From Candidatus Heimdallarchaeota archaeon (lineage in GTDB: Archaea > Asgardarchaeota > Heimdallarchaeia > Heimdallarchaeales > Heimdallarchaeaceae), in assembly GCA_016840095.1 (NCBI GenBank), contig JAEOSZ010000031.1, positions 32,001 to 96,000 on the forward strand: a stretch of 64,000 nt of DNA, written 5' to 3'. The position numbers and the translations under genes were made by a program. The notes beneath the pieces are model-generated. The model was not told where the DNA came from and did no database searches. It saw nothing but the letters and a program-made list of their open reading frames with translations. This document shows, piece after piece, positions 28,745 to 38,073 of this stretch. The stretch's first letter is position 1. Each line of letters starts with the position of its first letter.

Positions 28745-29941
28745 TTACACATCTAAAATTGATGAAAGTGTTTCTAAGAAGATTAGTATCTCCTCTTCAG
28801 TGTTGTATATATGAGTAGAAACTCTAGCTATATCGTTGTATTTCAGTTCATACATATACAAATGGGAACACAAAGCTCCACTTCTAATCTGTATACTTCT
28901 AATATCATCTAAAACAAGAGCTAAGTCATGAGCTTCAATCTTGTCACACCCGAAGGAAAGTATTGGTCCATACTCAACCCCTTCTATTTCATTGATTTCT
29001 ATGGAAGAGATATCTTTTAGATTCTTCCTTAATTCTTCATGTAACTTTTTCTCATGATCTTGAATCTTAGACAAACCAAAGTTTGACAATATTTCAAGAC
29101 TATTAACCATAGCATCAATATTAGCTACATTGACTAAACCTGTTTCAAATTTGGAACCTGAGGAATTTAGAAAATATGAATATTCTTCAAGTGCTATAAT
29201 TGAACCTCCTCCTACAATCAGAGGATCCATTGATTCATAGATCTCTTCACAAGTAATCTGAAACGCGGTCCCTAAGGGACCTAAAGCACCTATACAACCT
29301 GATGAAACAACAATATCTGGTTGAATAACATCAAAATTAGTAACTTCATGACCAACTGAATAACTGATATCAAGGATGAATGTAGCATTAACTTCTTTAC
29401 AGATTTGTGCTATTTTACCCCAATCTCTCTTCACTCCATTAGTAGCGGTTAAAGAAGAAAGGAGAACAACGTCCTTAGATGTTTGAATCTTTTCACTTAA
29501 TTTCTCAATTATATTCATTTCATCTTCTAAATTAAGATAATCTATATTTGTACCAAAAGAATTGTTTACTCGAATTGCAGGTGCAAGCACAGAGTGCTCT
29601 TCTAGAATACTTGTTGTTATTCTTCTTTCCTTAATATTGGGAATTGAGTGAAAAACATTTGTTAGAAGTGTTTCTCTTGTAGGAAAAAATGAAATCTGAT
29701 TAGGAGATATTTTGAAAATATCAGCAAGAGATTTTCTATTCTTATTCAAAAGTTGATTACTTGCAGATATTTCACTATGGATTCCTCTAACTGGAACTCC
29801 TCCAGTGGAAGCATAATAATCGATCATCTTCTTAATGGAAGAGACTGGAAGTTTTCCTACTGTTGCAGAATCTAAGTAAATTTGTTCTTGTTTTAGGTTG
29901 AATTCAATTCCGAATCTTGTAGAAGTTGTCATAAATCCCAT
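28745..29941 (-). CDS. SufS/Csd-like class V aminotransferase-fold protein lacking the PLP lysine
   Basis: YLDSA, RGIH, LIVGGG, KFETG, IRSGALCSH; SGCIGALGP replaces SGHKxxGP. Confidence 0.85.
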   Translation of the reverse strand: MGFMTTSTRFGIEFNLKQEQIYLDSATVGKLPVSSIKKMIDYYASTGGVPVRGIHSEISASNQLLNKNRKSLADIFKISPNQISFFPTRETLLTNVFHSIPNIKERRITTSILEEHSVLAPAIRVNNSFGTNIDYLNLEDEMNIIEKLSEKIQTSKDVVLLSSLTATNGVKRDWGKIAQICKEVNATFILDISYSVGHEVTNFDVIQPDIVVSSGCIGALGPLGTAFQITCEEIYESMDPLIVGGGSIIALEEYSYFLNSSGSKFETGLVNVANIDAMVNSLEILSNFGLSKIQDHEKKLHEELRKNLKDISSIEINEIEGVEYGPILSFGCDKIEAHDLALVLDDIRSIQIRSGALCSHLYMYELKYNDIARVSTHIYNTEEEILIFLETLSSILDV

Positions 29942-30044
29942 TTGTTTTACAATAAGGAGATATTAAAATTTTCCTTGTTCAGAAATCAAAAGGTTTGAAT
30001 AGTATTGAAATAAATGTACATTAGGGAAAATCTAGAGGATGATC

Positions 30045-30080
30045 GTAAGGCATTTGGTAAAGCATTTGGTAAAGCATTTG
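30045..30080. repeat. 3 x 12-bp tandem repeat (GTAAAGCATTTG)
   Basis: gtaaggcatttg gtaaagcatttg gtaaagcatttg. Confidence 0.9.
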
Positions 30081-30121
30081 CTAGGCCAGAAAGAAGCTAA
30101 GGTGACCTATGATTTTCTCTC

Positions 30122-31312
30122 TCATATTTCTGACATTATTGAATCAAGAGTTTCTAAAACAGTATTAATGTCATTTTCTGTGTTATACAAGTGAGTAGAT
30201 ATCTGTACTAAAGATTCTTTCTTTATTTCATCCATAAAGAGGTGTGAACATAACGCACCACTTCTAACATATATATTTGATAAATCTTCAAGAATTATTG
30301 CAATATCATGAGAATCAATTTCGTCACTGAAGAAGGATAAAATGGGTCCAAACTCAAGTCCTTCTTTTTCAATAATCTCTATATTCTTAATCTCTTTTAG
30401 ACCATCATAGAGAATCTTTCTTAAATTTTGTTCATGTTTTTTTATTTTTTCGAATCCAACATTTGATAGCAATTGTAAACTATTGGCTAAACCTGAAATT
30501 GCTGCAAAATTAAGAGAACCTGGTTCAAATTTATAAGGTGAAGATGACAGTTTGTAATCTGATTTATTAACTGAAACTACTGCTCCTCCGCCAATCAATA
30601 TAGGATGGAGATTATTGTTAGTTTTATCATTAACAATTTGGAATGATGCCCCATAAGGACCAAGCGCTCCGATATTCCCTGATGAAATCGTAATGTTAGG
30701 AGAAACATCACTAAAATCATAGTTTGTATGACCTATACTATTGGATAAATCCAAAACAAAGAACAATCCATTGTCTTCAGCAAGTTTAGTAATGGCTCTC
30801 CAATCTCGTAGAACACCTATACCTAAGGTTAATGAAGAAAGAACTATTGCCTTTGTTTTAGGGTTTATTCTTTCTTGTAGAGAAGCTACCAAATCAACTT
30901 CATCTTCAATTCCAGTGAAAATGATTTTGGATCCGAAATATTTGTTTACATTCAATAATGGAGTTATCACAGAATGATCATCTAGTGAACTCGAAATGAT
31001 TTCATCATCGCTCTCAAAACGTTGAGAAAATAGAGTATTAATCATTGCAGTTTCTCTGGATGGAAGAAAAGATATTTGAGAATTTTCAACAAAAAATATT
31101 TTACTAATTATAGAACGAGATTGTTCCAGAGAGCGACTGGCATAAAGTGCTATTTTATGAGTACCTCTATTAATACCTCCACCATGTTTAGAGTAAAAAT
31201 CACTCATTGCTTTAACAGAGGATTGTGGAAGCTTACCAGCAGTTGCTGAATCTAGATAGATTTCATTCTCTTCAATGATAAAATCTATGCCAAAGTGGTT
31301 TTTGACAGTCAT
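30122..31312 (-). CDS. Second SufS/Csd-like paralog lacking the PLP lysine
   Basis: YLDSATAGKLP, RGTH, KFEPG, VRSGALCSH; SGNIGALGP replaces SGHKxxGP; start taken at MTVKNH. Confidence 0.85.
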   Translation of the reverse strand: MTVKNHFGIDFIIEENEIYLDSATAGKLPQSSVKAMSDFYSKHGGGINRGTHKIALYASRSLEQSRSIISKIFFVENSQISFLPSRETAMINTLFSQRFESDDEIISSSLDDHSVITPLLNVNKYFGSKIIFTGIEDEVDLVASLQERINPKTKAIVLSSLTLGIGVLRDWRAITKLAEDNGLFFVLDLSNSIGHTNYDFSDVSPNITISSGNIGALGPYGASFQIVNDKTNNNLHPILIGGGAVVSVNKSDYKLSSSPYKFEPGSLNFAAISGLANSLQLLSNVGFEKIKKHEQNLRKILYDGLKEIKNIEIIEKEGLEFGPILSFFSDEIDSHDIAIILEDLSNIYVRSGALCSHLFMDEIKKESLVQISTHLYNTENDINTVLETLDSIMSEI

Positions 31313-31397
31313 TGACGATAGTGATAAAAATAAGATTGATTTAAACATTTGTTTCAGAACACCATTTTTTTATATATCTTCAAAATTTCAAGCATGC

Positions 31398-31853
31398 ATG
31401 GACAATAATCTAGGTAAGTTAGAAGAAAACATAGAGAAGGAAATTAGGGCATATATTAGTAATTTCAACGAAATATTGGACAATTTAACAAGCTTATCTA
31501 GCAGTATCATCAATAATAAATTCTGGAAATTACGATCTGATTTAGAGTTACTTATAATCGAGATGAAATTATATCTAAAGAAGGAAGATCTAACCGAAAG
31601 ATGGCAAGCTTCTTTTAAAAATGAACTTAAAGGAACGTCCTCTAGAAGTAAAGCTGGGATTATACTAAAGGAGTATAGGGTGAGTGTTGAAGATTCTATT
31701 AGTGTTTTCAAGAAAAAACCTGAGACAACTTATAAATATCTTTGGAAATTAAAAGAAACTATTTCCTCAGTGCTATCAGCATTTCCTGTTGAGAGAATAG
31801 AATTGTTTTATGGTGAGAAAAAACAGGTTTCAGAAGATGTGTTCGAAATCTAG
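31398..31853 (+). CDS. Hypothetical alpha-helical protein
   Basis: ORF from MDNNL; fills the gap between divergent sufS-like gene and ARPC4-like gene. Confidence 0.65.
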   Translation: MDNNLGKLEENIEKEIRAYISNFNEILDNLTSLSSSIINNKFWKLRSDLELLIIEMKLYLKKEDLTERWQASFKNELKGTSSRSKAGIILKEYRVSVEDSISVFKKKPETTYKYLWKLKETISSVLSAFPVERIELFYGEKKQVSEDVFEI

Positions 31854-31901
31854 TTACACCTAACACTAAATATAAATTGGACCAACACTCTGAATACTTG
31901 T

Positions 31902-32390
31902 ATGAGTGCTCATTCAGCTGAGTTCCTTGAAGATAAAGATAAAATCAGGAAAGCTCTTAAGCTTGAACGATATGTCTGTCCACACAGGGAGATTAACTAT
32001 CCTTGTGTTATTTGCAAAGACTGTAGGGAGATGGATTTGAAACAGTATCCATTAAAAAACGGTTTTATCGAAAAAACAAGAAACTCAAGCTTGATTTCAT
32101 TGATTTTAGAACTTAGAGACCCTTTTGATGATATGTTACTCAGAAGGCTAAGTTTAGCACTCTATGAATCTACAGGAATAGTTCAAAAAGAACCAGAACC
32201 AGGTTTTTCGATAACGTTCTACATATCTGAAGCATTGTTAGACAAAATAACAGAAATTGAGAAACTAATTGACTTTATTGCAGATTTTCAACACAAATTC
32301 TTATCAGAAACAATAGCAGCAAGAAGTGCTTTGAATAAGTGGGAGCGGTCAACAACTAAGAGGTTATTGTGGGATATGAGTATTCAATAA
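31902..32390 (+). CDS. Arp2/3 complex subunit 4 (ARPC4)-like protein
   Basis: Colinear similarity to remembered ARPC4: ALKLE/ALCLE, FIEKTRNSSLISL/LIEGSINSVRVSI, QKEPEPGFSITFYI/RRKPVEGYDISFLI, KLIDFI/KLVDFV, long C-terminal helix; similar length. Confidence 0.75.
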   Translation: MSAHSAEFLEDKDKIRKALKLERYVCPHREINYPCVICKDCREMDLKQYPLKNGFIEKTRNSSLISLILELRDPFDDMLLRRLSLALYESTGIVQKEPEPGFSITFYISEALLDKITEIEKLIDFIADFQHKFLSETIAARSALNKWERSTTKRLLWDMSIQ

Positions 32391-32394
32391 TTTA

Positions 32395-33540
32395 CTAAGA
32401 AACACTTTTCCAGTAAAGACCTAGTTTATCTGCATGATTTCTGACTTCATACATTTCTGTAGTAGAAACCCTTTTGTTAATTTCTGGAAATCCACTAGTT
32501 TGAAGGACTTTATAATCTGGGTGATATTGAGCCATGATGTTTACTAAAGGTGTTTTCAGATTCTCACTCACCCAATTCAAGAGAGGTATTGAACAACAAT
32601 TTGTGTGATTTGGCATAACTAAGTGTCGAATTATATACTCACCAGTTCCTCTCTCTTCAATCATTTTCATATTTCTTTGAAGAGCTTCCCAATAATGTGG
32701 AGCTTTGGAATATTTAGATGCACACTCTTTGTTTGCATATTTCATATCTGGTAACCAAATATCAAAAAGATCTGCAATCAATCTCATGCTAGTGTCTGTT
32801 AAGTACATATTACTATTCCATAACATAGGTACATCCACTTGAGAATGGTGAAAAGATTCAAGAATTACATGGAGATTCGGTGTAGGATCTCCCCCTACAA
32901 AATTGATATTTCGAGCATTTTGTTTAACAAGTGTATAGTAATGCTGAGCGAGTTGAGTCGGTGAAGACCCTCTTCCTTTTACTCTATCTAATTCAAATTC
33001 ATGACTAATATCCCAATTTTGGCAGAATTGGCAATGCATAGTGCAACCAAGGAAGAAAATAGTTCCACTTGGAACGATTGGGCTTTCTTCTCCCATGTGG
33101 ATAAATGCAGAACTGACATAAGCACTTCCATCAACTCCACATTTGCCAATTTGTCCTTCCTCTCGATTAGCCTTACATTTGTTTTCACAAAATTCACAAG
33201 AAGAGAGCATATCTTTCAAAATAGCTAACTTTAATGACAAATAATTATTTTTTTCTAAATCTTTATCCTTGAACAGATTTTCAACCTCTTTCTCAACTTC
33301 CTCTAAAGAAAGATGTTGTTTTTCAGAAACCCAATTCTTGAATTTTGAATGATTGTGTTCATGAATATTCAATAGTTCATCTTTATCTTTGAACTCATTG
33401 AAGGGTACATAGAATAATCGAGCTAGTTTATACCTAGGAATTCTCTTACCTTGGAATATTTCTCTATAGTGAACTAATCGTTCTTTAAATTCAACCTGCT
33501 GCCATACTGTCATAGCATCTCTTCTTAAAACCGCCCACAT
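32395..33540 (-). CDS. PflX-like radical SAM protein
   Basis: CEFCENKCKANR, H.GEE....PSGTIFF.GCTMHCQFCQN, VGGDPTP, IRHLVMP. Confidence 0.88.
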   Translation of the reverse strand: MWAVLRRDAMTVWQQVEFKERLVHYREIFQGKRIPRYKLARLFYVPFNEFKDKDELLNIHEHNHSKFKNWVSEKQHLSLEEVEKEVENLFKDKDLEKNNYLSLKLAILKDMLSSCEFCENKCKANREEGQIGKCGVDGSAYVSSAFIHMGEESPIVPSGTIFFLGCTMHCQFCQNWDISHEFELDRVKGRGSSPTQLAQHYYTLVKQNARNINFVGGDPTPNLHVILESFHHSQVDVPMLWNSNMYLTDTSMRLIADLFDIWLPDMKYANKECASKYSKAPHYWEALQRNMKMIEERGTGEYIIRHLVMPNHTNCCSIPLLNWVSENLKTPLVNIMAQYHPDYKVLQTSGFPEINKRVSTTEMYEVRNHADKLGLYWKSVS

Positions 33541-33697
33541 TAACTTATAGTTTGATTAGTATCTGAAATACTTTGTGTTGAAAACTAGATTAGAAGAATC
33601 AAATCAGTAATTTATTTCTTCAAAAAAACAAATCAAATATTTCCCTCAAAATAGATGTTAGTTTAATAAAATTTAATAATGAAGTTCAAAGAGTGTC

Positions 33698-34738
33698 ATG
33701 AAGCCGATGTCACAGTCTACAATGCACGAAGCTGAATACTATGAAGTAATTGATGAAGGTAATAGAGTAATTCAATGTCAACTCTGTCCAATTAAATGTA
33801 CATTATTGATAGGGGAAAGAGGTAAGTGTTTTTCACGTGTAAACGTTGAAGGAAAACTGTACTCCTTGACTTATGGATATACAGACATGAAAATTGATAT
33901 GATTGAAAAGCAACATGTTTATCATTTTCATCCAAATTCAAGAGTTCAAACATTTTCTACTTTCAATTGCAATCTGGACTGTGATTACTGTATGATGCCT
34001 GAAAAAATCAGTGTTGATCCAGCAGATACTGGAGCCAAAAAATTAGCGCCAGATCAAGCTGCAATGTTTAGTATGGCTTCTGGATCTAAGGTTATTGCTT
34101 TTGGAGAAGCTGAACCTTTGATTTCTTTTGAATGGGTTCGAGATACAGCCAAGCTAGCTCAGCAAAGAAATCTCAAAGTGTTACTCAGAACAAATGCTTA
34201 TTTCTGTGAAGAGCCTGTAACTGAAATACTAGAATTCGTTGATGCAGTTACAATTGATGTTAAATCGATGTCTGATTCTGGATACCAAGATAAGTGTCAT
34301 GCAGGTACAATAAATGACATTAAGAAAATTATTAAGCTAATCTTCGACAAAGGAAAATTAGTAGAACTAAATCTAGTAATTCATGAAGCTCTTGGAAATA
34401 CAGAAAATCAAACAAGAGAACTAGCTTCGTGGATTATGGAAGAACTCTCGTCATCAGTTCCGCTCCACTTAGCAAGGCTAATACCTTCTCATAGACTAAA
34501 AGAGCTACAACCAACATCTGTAGAATTACTGGAAAAATGTTATGATGTAGCTAAGGAAGTAGGTTTAGAATTTGTTTACCTTGATAATGTACCAGATCAT
34601 GAAGCAACGCATACTTATTGTCCGAAGTGTAAAGAACTACTTATACACAGAGGAGCATCAAATACAGAAGTAAGGAGAGTTTCTCTACACGGTACTTGTA
34701 ATAAGTGTGAAGCTCAGTTAAATATAGTTTTCAAATAG
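33698..34738 (+). CDS. Divergent AmmeMemoRadiSam-type radical SAM paralog
   Basis: CQLCPIKC...C, CNLDCDYC, TYCPKC, CNKC; colinear with 17488..18513. Confidence 0.82.
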   Translation: MKPMSQSTMHEAEYYEVIDEGNRVIQCQLCPIKCTLLIGERGKCFSRVNVEGKLYSLTYGYTDMKIDMIEKQHVYHFHPNSRVQTFSTFNCNLDCDYCMMPEKISVDPADTGAKKLAPDQAAMFSMASGSKVIAFGEAEPLISFEWVRDTAKLAQQRNLKVLLRTNAYFCEEPVTEILEFVDAVTIDVKSMSDSGYQDKCHAGTINDIKKIIKLIFDKGKLVELNLVIHEALGNTENQTRELASWIMEELSSSVPLHLARLIPSHRLKELQPTSVELLEKCYDVAKEVGLEFVYLDNVPDHEATHTYCPKCKELLIHRGASNTEVRRVSLHGTCNKCEAQLNIVFK

Positions 34739-34745
34739 ATTGACT

Positions 34746-35066
34746 TCAGACAATTGATTCAATATTGAAATCTACTATTGTTACATTTAGCTGACCTTGA
34801 ATTTCTTCAGTAACTAAATCTATGAATCTGTGGATATCCTCAGTTCCATCCCTATAAGACGCCCTGAACATTAACTGAATTTCTATCCAATCCTCTCGAA
34901 AAAAGGTAGTTTCTAGTCTAGGTTGTCTTTTTGGTTCTTTTTCTTCAAGCTCTTTTTGAGTCATGTGTAAATGAAGATCAAAATCTCCCAGGTCTTCATA
35001 CTGTTCTTCATCGTTTGGTTGAGCTGTAATCCCACAATAATAGTGGTAAAAACCTGAGGTAGTCAT
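34746..35066 (-). CDS. Hypothetical protein
   Basis: 106-aa ORF starting 6 bp downstream of lonB on the same strand. Confidence 0.65.
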   Translation of the reverse strand: MTTSGFYHYYCGITAQPNDEEQYEDLGDFDLHLHMTQKELEEKEPKRQPRLETTFFREDWIEIQLMFRASYRDGTEDIHRFIDLVTEEIQGQLNVTIVDFNIESIV

Positions 35067-35072
35067 TTGGGA

Positions 35073-37019
35073 TCATTTCTTTTGATTATTGTTCTCTAAA
35101 ACTGTGTGTTCTAAAGCTAAATCTTCATACTTCTTAGCAACGTAGCTGTAATCTTTTGGAAGAGCATTGCGAAGAACCTCATGGAAGTTTGAGACTGGTA
35201 TAATTTCTACTTTGTTTTGGTATCTCTCTTCAAGTTTTACATCATCTATATTCTGAATTGGAACAATAACTCTTTGTATTCCTGCTTCAGCAGCTGCTTC
35301 GATTTTTGCAGTAACTCCACCAACAGGAATAACTACTCCTCTAACAGTCAAACTTCCTGTCATTGCAGTATCCTGTCTGATAGGTGCTTTTTCCAGTGCA
35401 GAAATAATTGAAACAGCGATTGATATAGAAGCTGAATCACCTTCAACTCCAGCATATGCTCCTACAAATTGAATATGATAATCGAAATCAGAGATGTCTT
35501 TTCCAACATATTTTTTCACTATTGCAGAAACGTTTTGAACTGCTTCTCGTGCAATAATTCTTAGTTGTCCAGTAGCTATGATTTTACCTTCTCTTCTACT
35601 AAAAGCAGGAACAACTTCTGCTTCAATTGGCATAACTATTCCTGATCTTTGATTAATAACAGCAAGACCATTAACTCTACCAACTTTGGCATCATCTGTT
35701 TCAAATATTTTGTAGAGTTTTCTTGAATCAGCGTAAGAATCACTCATCTGATTTTCTAAGGTTCTTGCAATCACTTTTGCATTTCTGAGTGTTTCTGCAG
35801 ATACTAAATTCTCACCTGTTTCCTTGGCTAAATCTCCTGCAGCTCTTATCAATCCACCTAATTCCCTTAATCGAAGAGTAAGATGACCTTTCTTGTCAGC
35901 TCTTCTTTGAGCTTCATAGATGATTTCTTCAACAGCTTCATGGGTGAAGTGAGGTATTTTTCTATCTTTCACAATTTCTTGAGCACAGAATCTAGCAAGT
36001 TTACGTCTGTTTTCTTGTGTATCTGGCATGGTGTCAGTCATATAAACTTCATATCCAGAACCTTGAATACGAGATCTAAGAGCAGGATGCATGTTTCGAG
36101 TAGTTTCAATATTACCAGCTGCAATTAAAACAAATTTACATGGAACCGGTTCACTTCTAACCATTGCACCACTACTGAGTTCTGATTGACCTGTAATTTG
36201 CAGCTTACCTTCTTGCATAGCAGTTAGTAATTTTTGTTGAGTTCTCATTTCAAGAGTACCGATTTCGTCACTATAAAGAACACCTAAATGTGATTTGTGG
36301 ATTAACCCACTTTCTACTCTTTCATGTGGGGGTGTTCCCAATCCTCCCGATTGGAATGGATCATGTCTTACGTCCCCTAAAAGAGCACCAGCATGTGAAC
36401 CTGTAGCATCATTAAATGGCGCTTTATCCCGTTTACTATTATCAACCAGTAATTTCGGCACCAAAGCTTCAGATTTTGATCTCGATTGATTTAGCATAAA
36501 GAATATGAAAAATCCTACAAACATAGCCATCAAAAGAGTTGTAGGCTGACTTGCTGGATTGCCAGCTGTAGCAATTAATGCATACCCAATTATAGCTAAT
36601 AAAATAGCGATTGAAATAATAAAACGTTTGTTTCCACTCTTTCGAGCAACCTCTGCGTCCATTTCTACTTTTCTAGCTCCATGTCCAGCTGGAAGAGTAG
36701 CAACTCGAGGTTGATTTGGATATTTTGGATTAGCAATACACAGAACATCAACAAGTTCCTCTTTTGGAAGCAGCTCAGCCATAGCTTGTCCGAGCATACT
36801 CTTTCCTGTTCCAGGCTCTCCAATTAGAAGAACATGTCTTCTTTGCAAAGCTGCTTTCTTAATAATTTCTGTAGCATTTTCTTGACCAATAACTTGATCA
36901 ATAAGTCTAGGGGGTACAGAGATTTCACTAGTATCATTGAAATCTATGTCTAGAAGAGTTTCTCTTTTAGCTCCCGATTTCGTCTTTTTCTTTCCCTTAG
37001 GTTGCGTTCCAGACCCCAT
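35073..37019 (-). CDS. lonB: Archaeal membrane-anchored Lon protease
   Basis: GEPGTGKS, two TM helices within the AAA domain, GDVRHDP, VEGDSAS (Ser), PVGGVTAKI (Lys). Confidence 0.96.
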   Translation of the reverse strand: MGSGTQPKGKKKTKSGAKRETLLDIDFNDTSEISVPPRLIDQVIGQENATEIIKKAALQRRHVLLIGEPGTGKSMLGQAMAELLPKEELVDVLCIANPKYPNQPRVATLPAGHGARKVEMDAEVARKSGNKRFIISIAILLAIIGYALIATAGNPASQPTTLLMAMFVGFFIFFMLNQSRSKSEALVPKLLVDNSKRDKAPFNDATGSHAGALLGDVRHDPFQSGGLGTPPHERVESGLIHKSHLGVLYSDEIGTLEMRTQQKLLTAMQEGKLQITGQSELSSGAMVRSEPVPCKFVLIAAGNIETTRNMHPALRSRIQGSGYEVYMTDTMPDTQENRRKLARFCAQEIVKDRKIPHFTHEAVEEIIYEAQRRADKKGHLTLRLRELGGLIRAAGDLAKETGENLVSAETLRNAKVIARTLENQMSDSYADSRKLYKIFETDDAKVGRVNGLAVINQRSGIVMPIEAEVVPAFSRREGKIIATGQLRIIAREAVQNVSAIVKKYVGKDISDFDYHIQFVGAYAGVEGDSASISIAVSIISALEKAPIRQDTAMTGSLTVRGVVIPVGGVTAKIEAAAEAGIQRVIVPIQNIDDVKLEERYQNKVEIIPVSNFHEVLRNALPKDYSYVAKKYEDLALEHTVLENNNQKK

Positions 37020-37182
37020 AAATATCACAAATTGATATAGAAGTATTTTCAATTGATAGGGATTACTAACGTTAATAAACATATGTTTTTGGTCAAAAAA
37101 TTAACTTCTTTTGATGTTTGAATATCTTTTACTAGAAATGAAAAGGCTTTAATTTCCATCTAATATTGTTTGCTTGAGATAG

Positions 37183-38073
37183 ATGAAAATTCTTGCAGGT
37201 CCTAATTCTGAGCAAATGACTCAAAAATTAGTAGAGCATTTGAATCTGAATCAATTAGGTTTATCTTACAAATATTTTACTGATGGAGAAACGTATCTTC
37301 AAGTTGAAGGAATACTGGATAAAGATGATGTAATTATTGTTCAAACAACCTTTCCTCATCAAGAAAAAAGTTTGCTTGAGCTAATCTTTCTTGCTAAAAC
37401 TGTAAAGGAAATGGGAGCTGACAAGGTTATTGCAGTAGTTCCATACCTAAGCTATGCGAGAGCTGATAGAAAAAGAGTAGAAGGAGAAGTTATTTCCCAT
37501 AGTGTAATTATGGATTTACTTTCAGCTGTTGAAATCGATACTATGGTTACAATCAATGTACATAATCCTGAAGCTTTTCATAAAACTGCAGAAAAAATGG
37601 AAAAATACAATCTAAGTGCTATACCTGCAATAATTGATTATTTCAAAGAAAAAACAGATAAAAATTGGATTGTAGTAGGTCCTGATAAAGGAAGCAAAGA
37701 GGATATAGATGTTCTTGCCCGAGAATTATCTCTTCCAAGTTATATTTTAGAGAAATATAGAGATCCAATTAGTCATGAAGTCAATTTTGAAGAAGTAAAA
37801 TTTGAGTGCAAATCAAAATCAATTATTCTTTTGGATGATATAATCACTTCAGGTGGAACAGCTCTAAAAGCAATTAAGATGTTACTTGAGAAGAATCCTT
37901 TGAGTATCCAATTTGTAGTTATACATCCACTTGCCGAAGGTAAGGTTTTCAATGAAATGAGAGAGATGGGAGTTAAGGATATTCTCACAGTTAATACAGT
38001 ACCAAGAGAAGATATGGAGCAAATTGACATTAGCTATATGATAAGTAAATTCATTGAGGAAAAATTTCTATGA
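37183..38073 (+). CDS. prs: Ribose-phosphate pyrophosphokinase
   Basis: F.DGE, PYLSYARAD, PDKG, DDIITSGGT. Confidence 0.93.
   Translation: MKILAGPNSEQMTQKLVEHLNLNQLGLSYKYFTDGETYLQVEGILDKDDVIIVQTTFPHQEKSLLELIFLAKTVKEMGADKVIAVVPYLSYARADRKRVEGEVISHSVIMDLLSAVEIDTMVTINVHNPEAFHKTAEKMEKYNLSAIPAIIDYFKEKTDKNWIVVGPDKGSKEDIDVLARELSLPSYILEKYRDPISHEVNFEEVKFECKSKSIILLDDIITSGGTALKAIKMLLEKNPLSIQFVVIHPLAEGKVFNEMREMGVKDILTVNTVPREDMEQIDISYMISKFIEEKFL

Noticed and set aside
30045-30080. Repeat considered as a CRISPR array
   Set aside because: Units are 12 bp and contiguous with no spacers, and there are no cas genes in the window
28745-31312. sufS-like genes as pseudogenes
   Set aside because: Both ORFs are full length without frameshifts and share the same substituted motif and an identical Cys loop, which suggests selection
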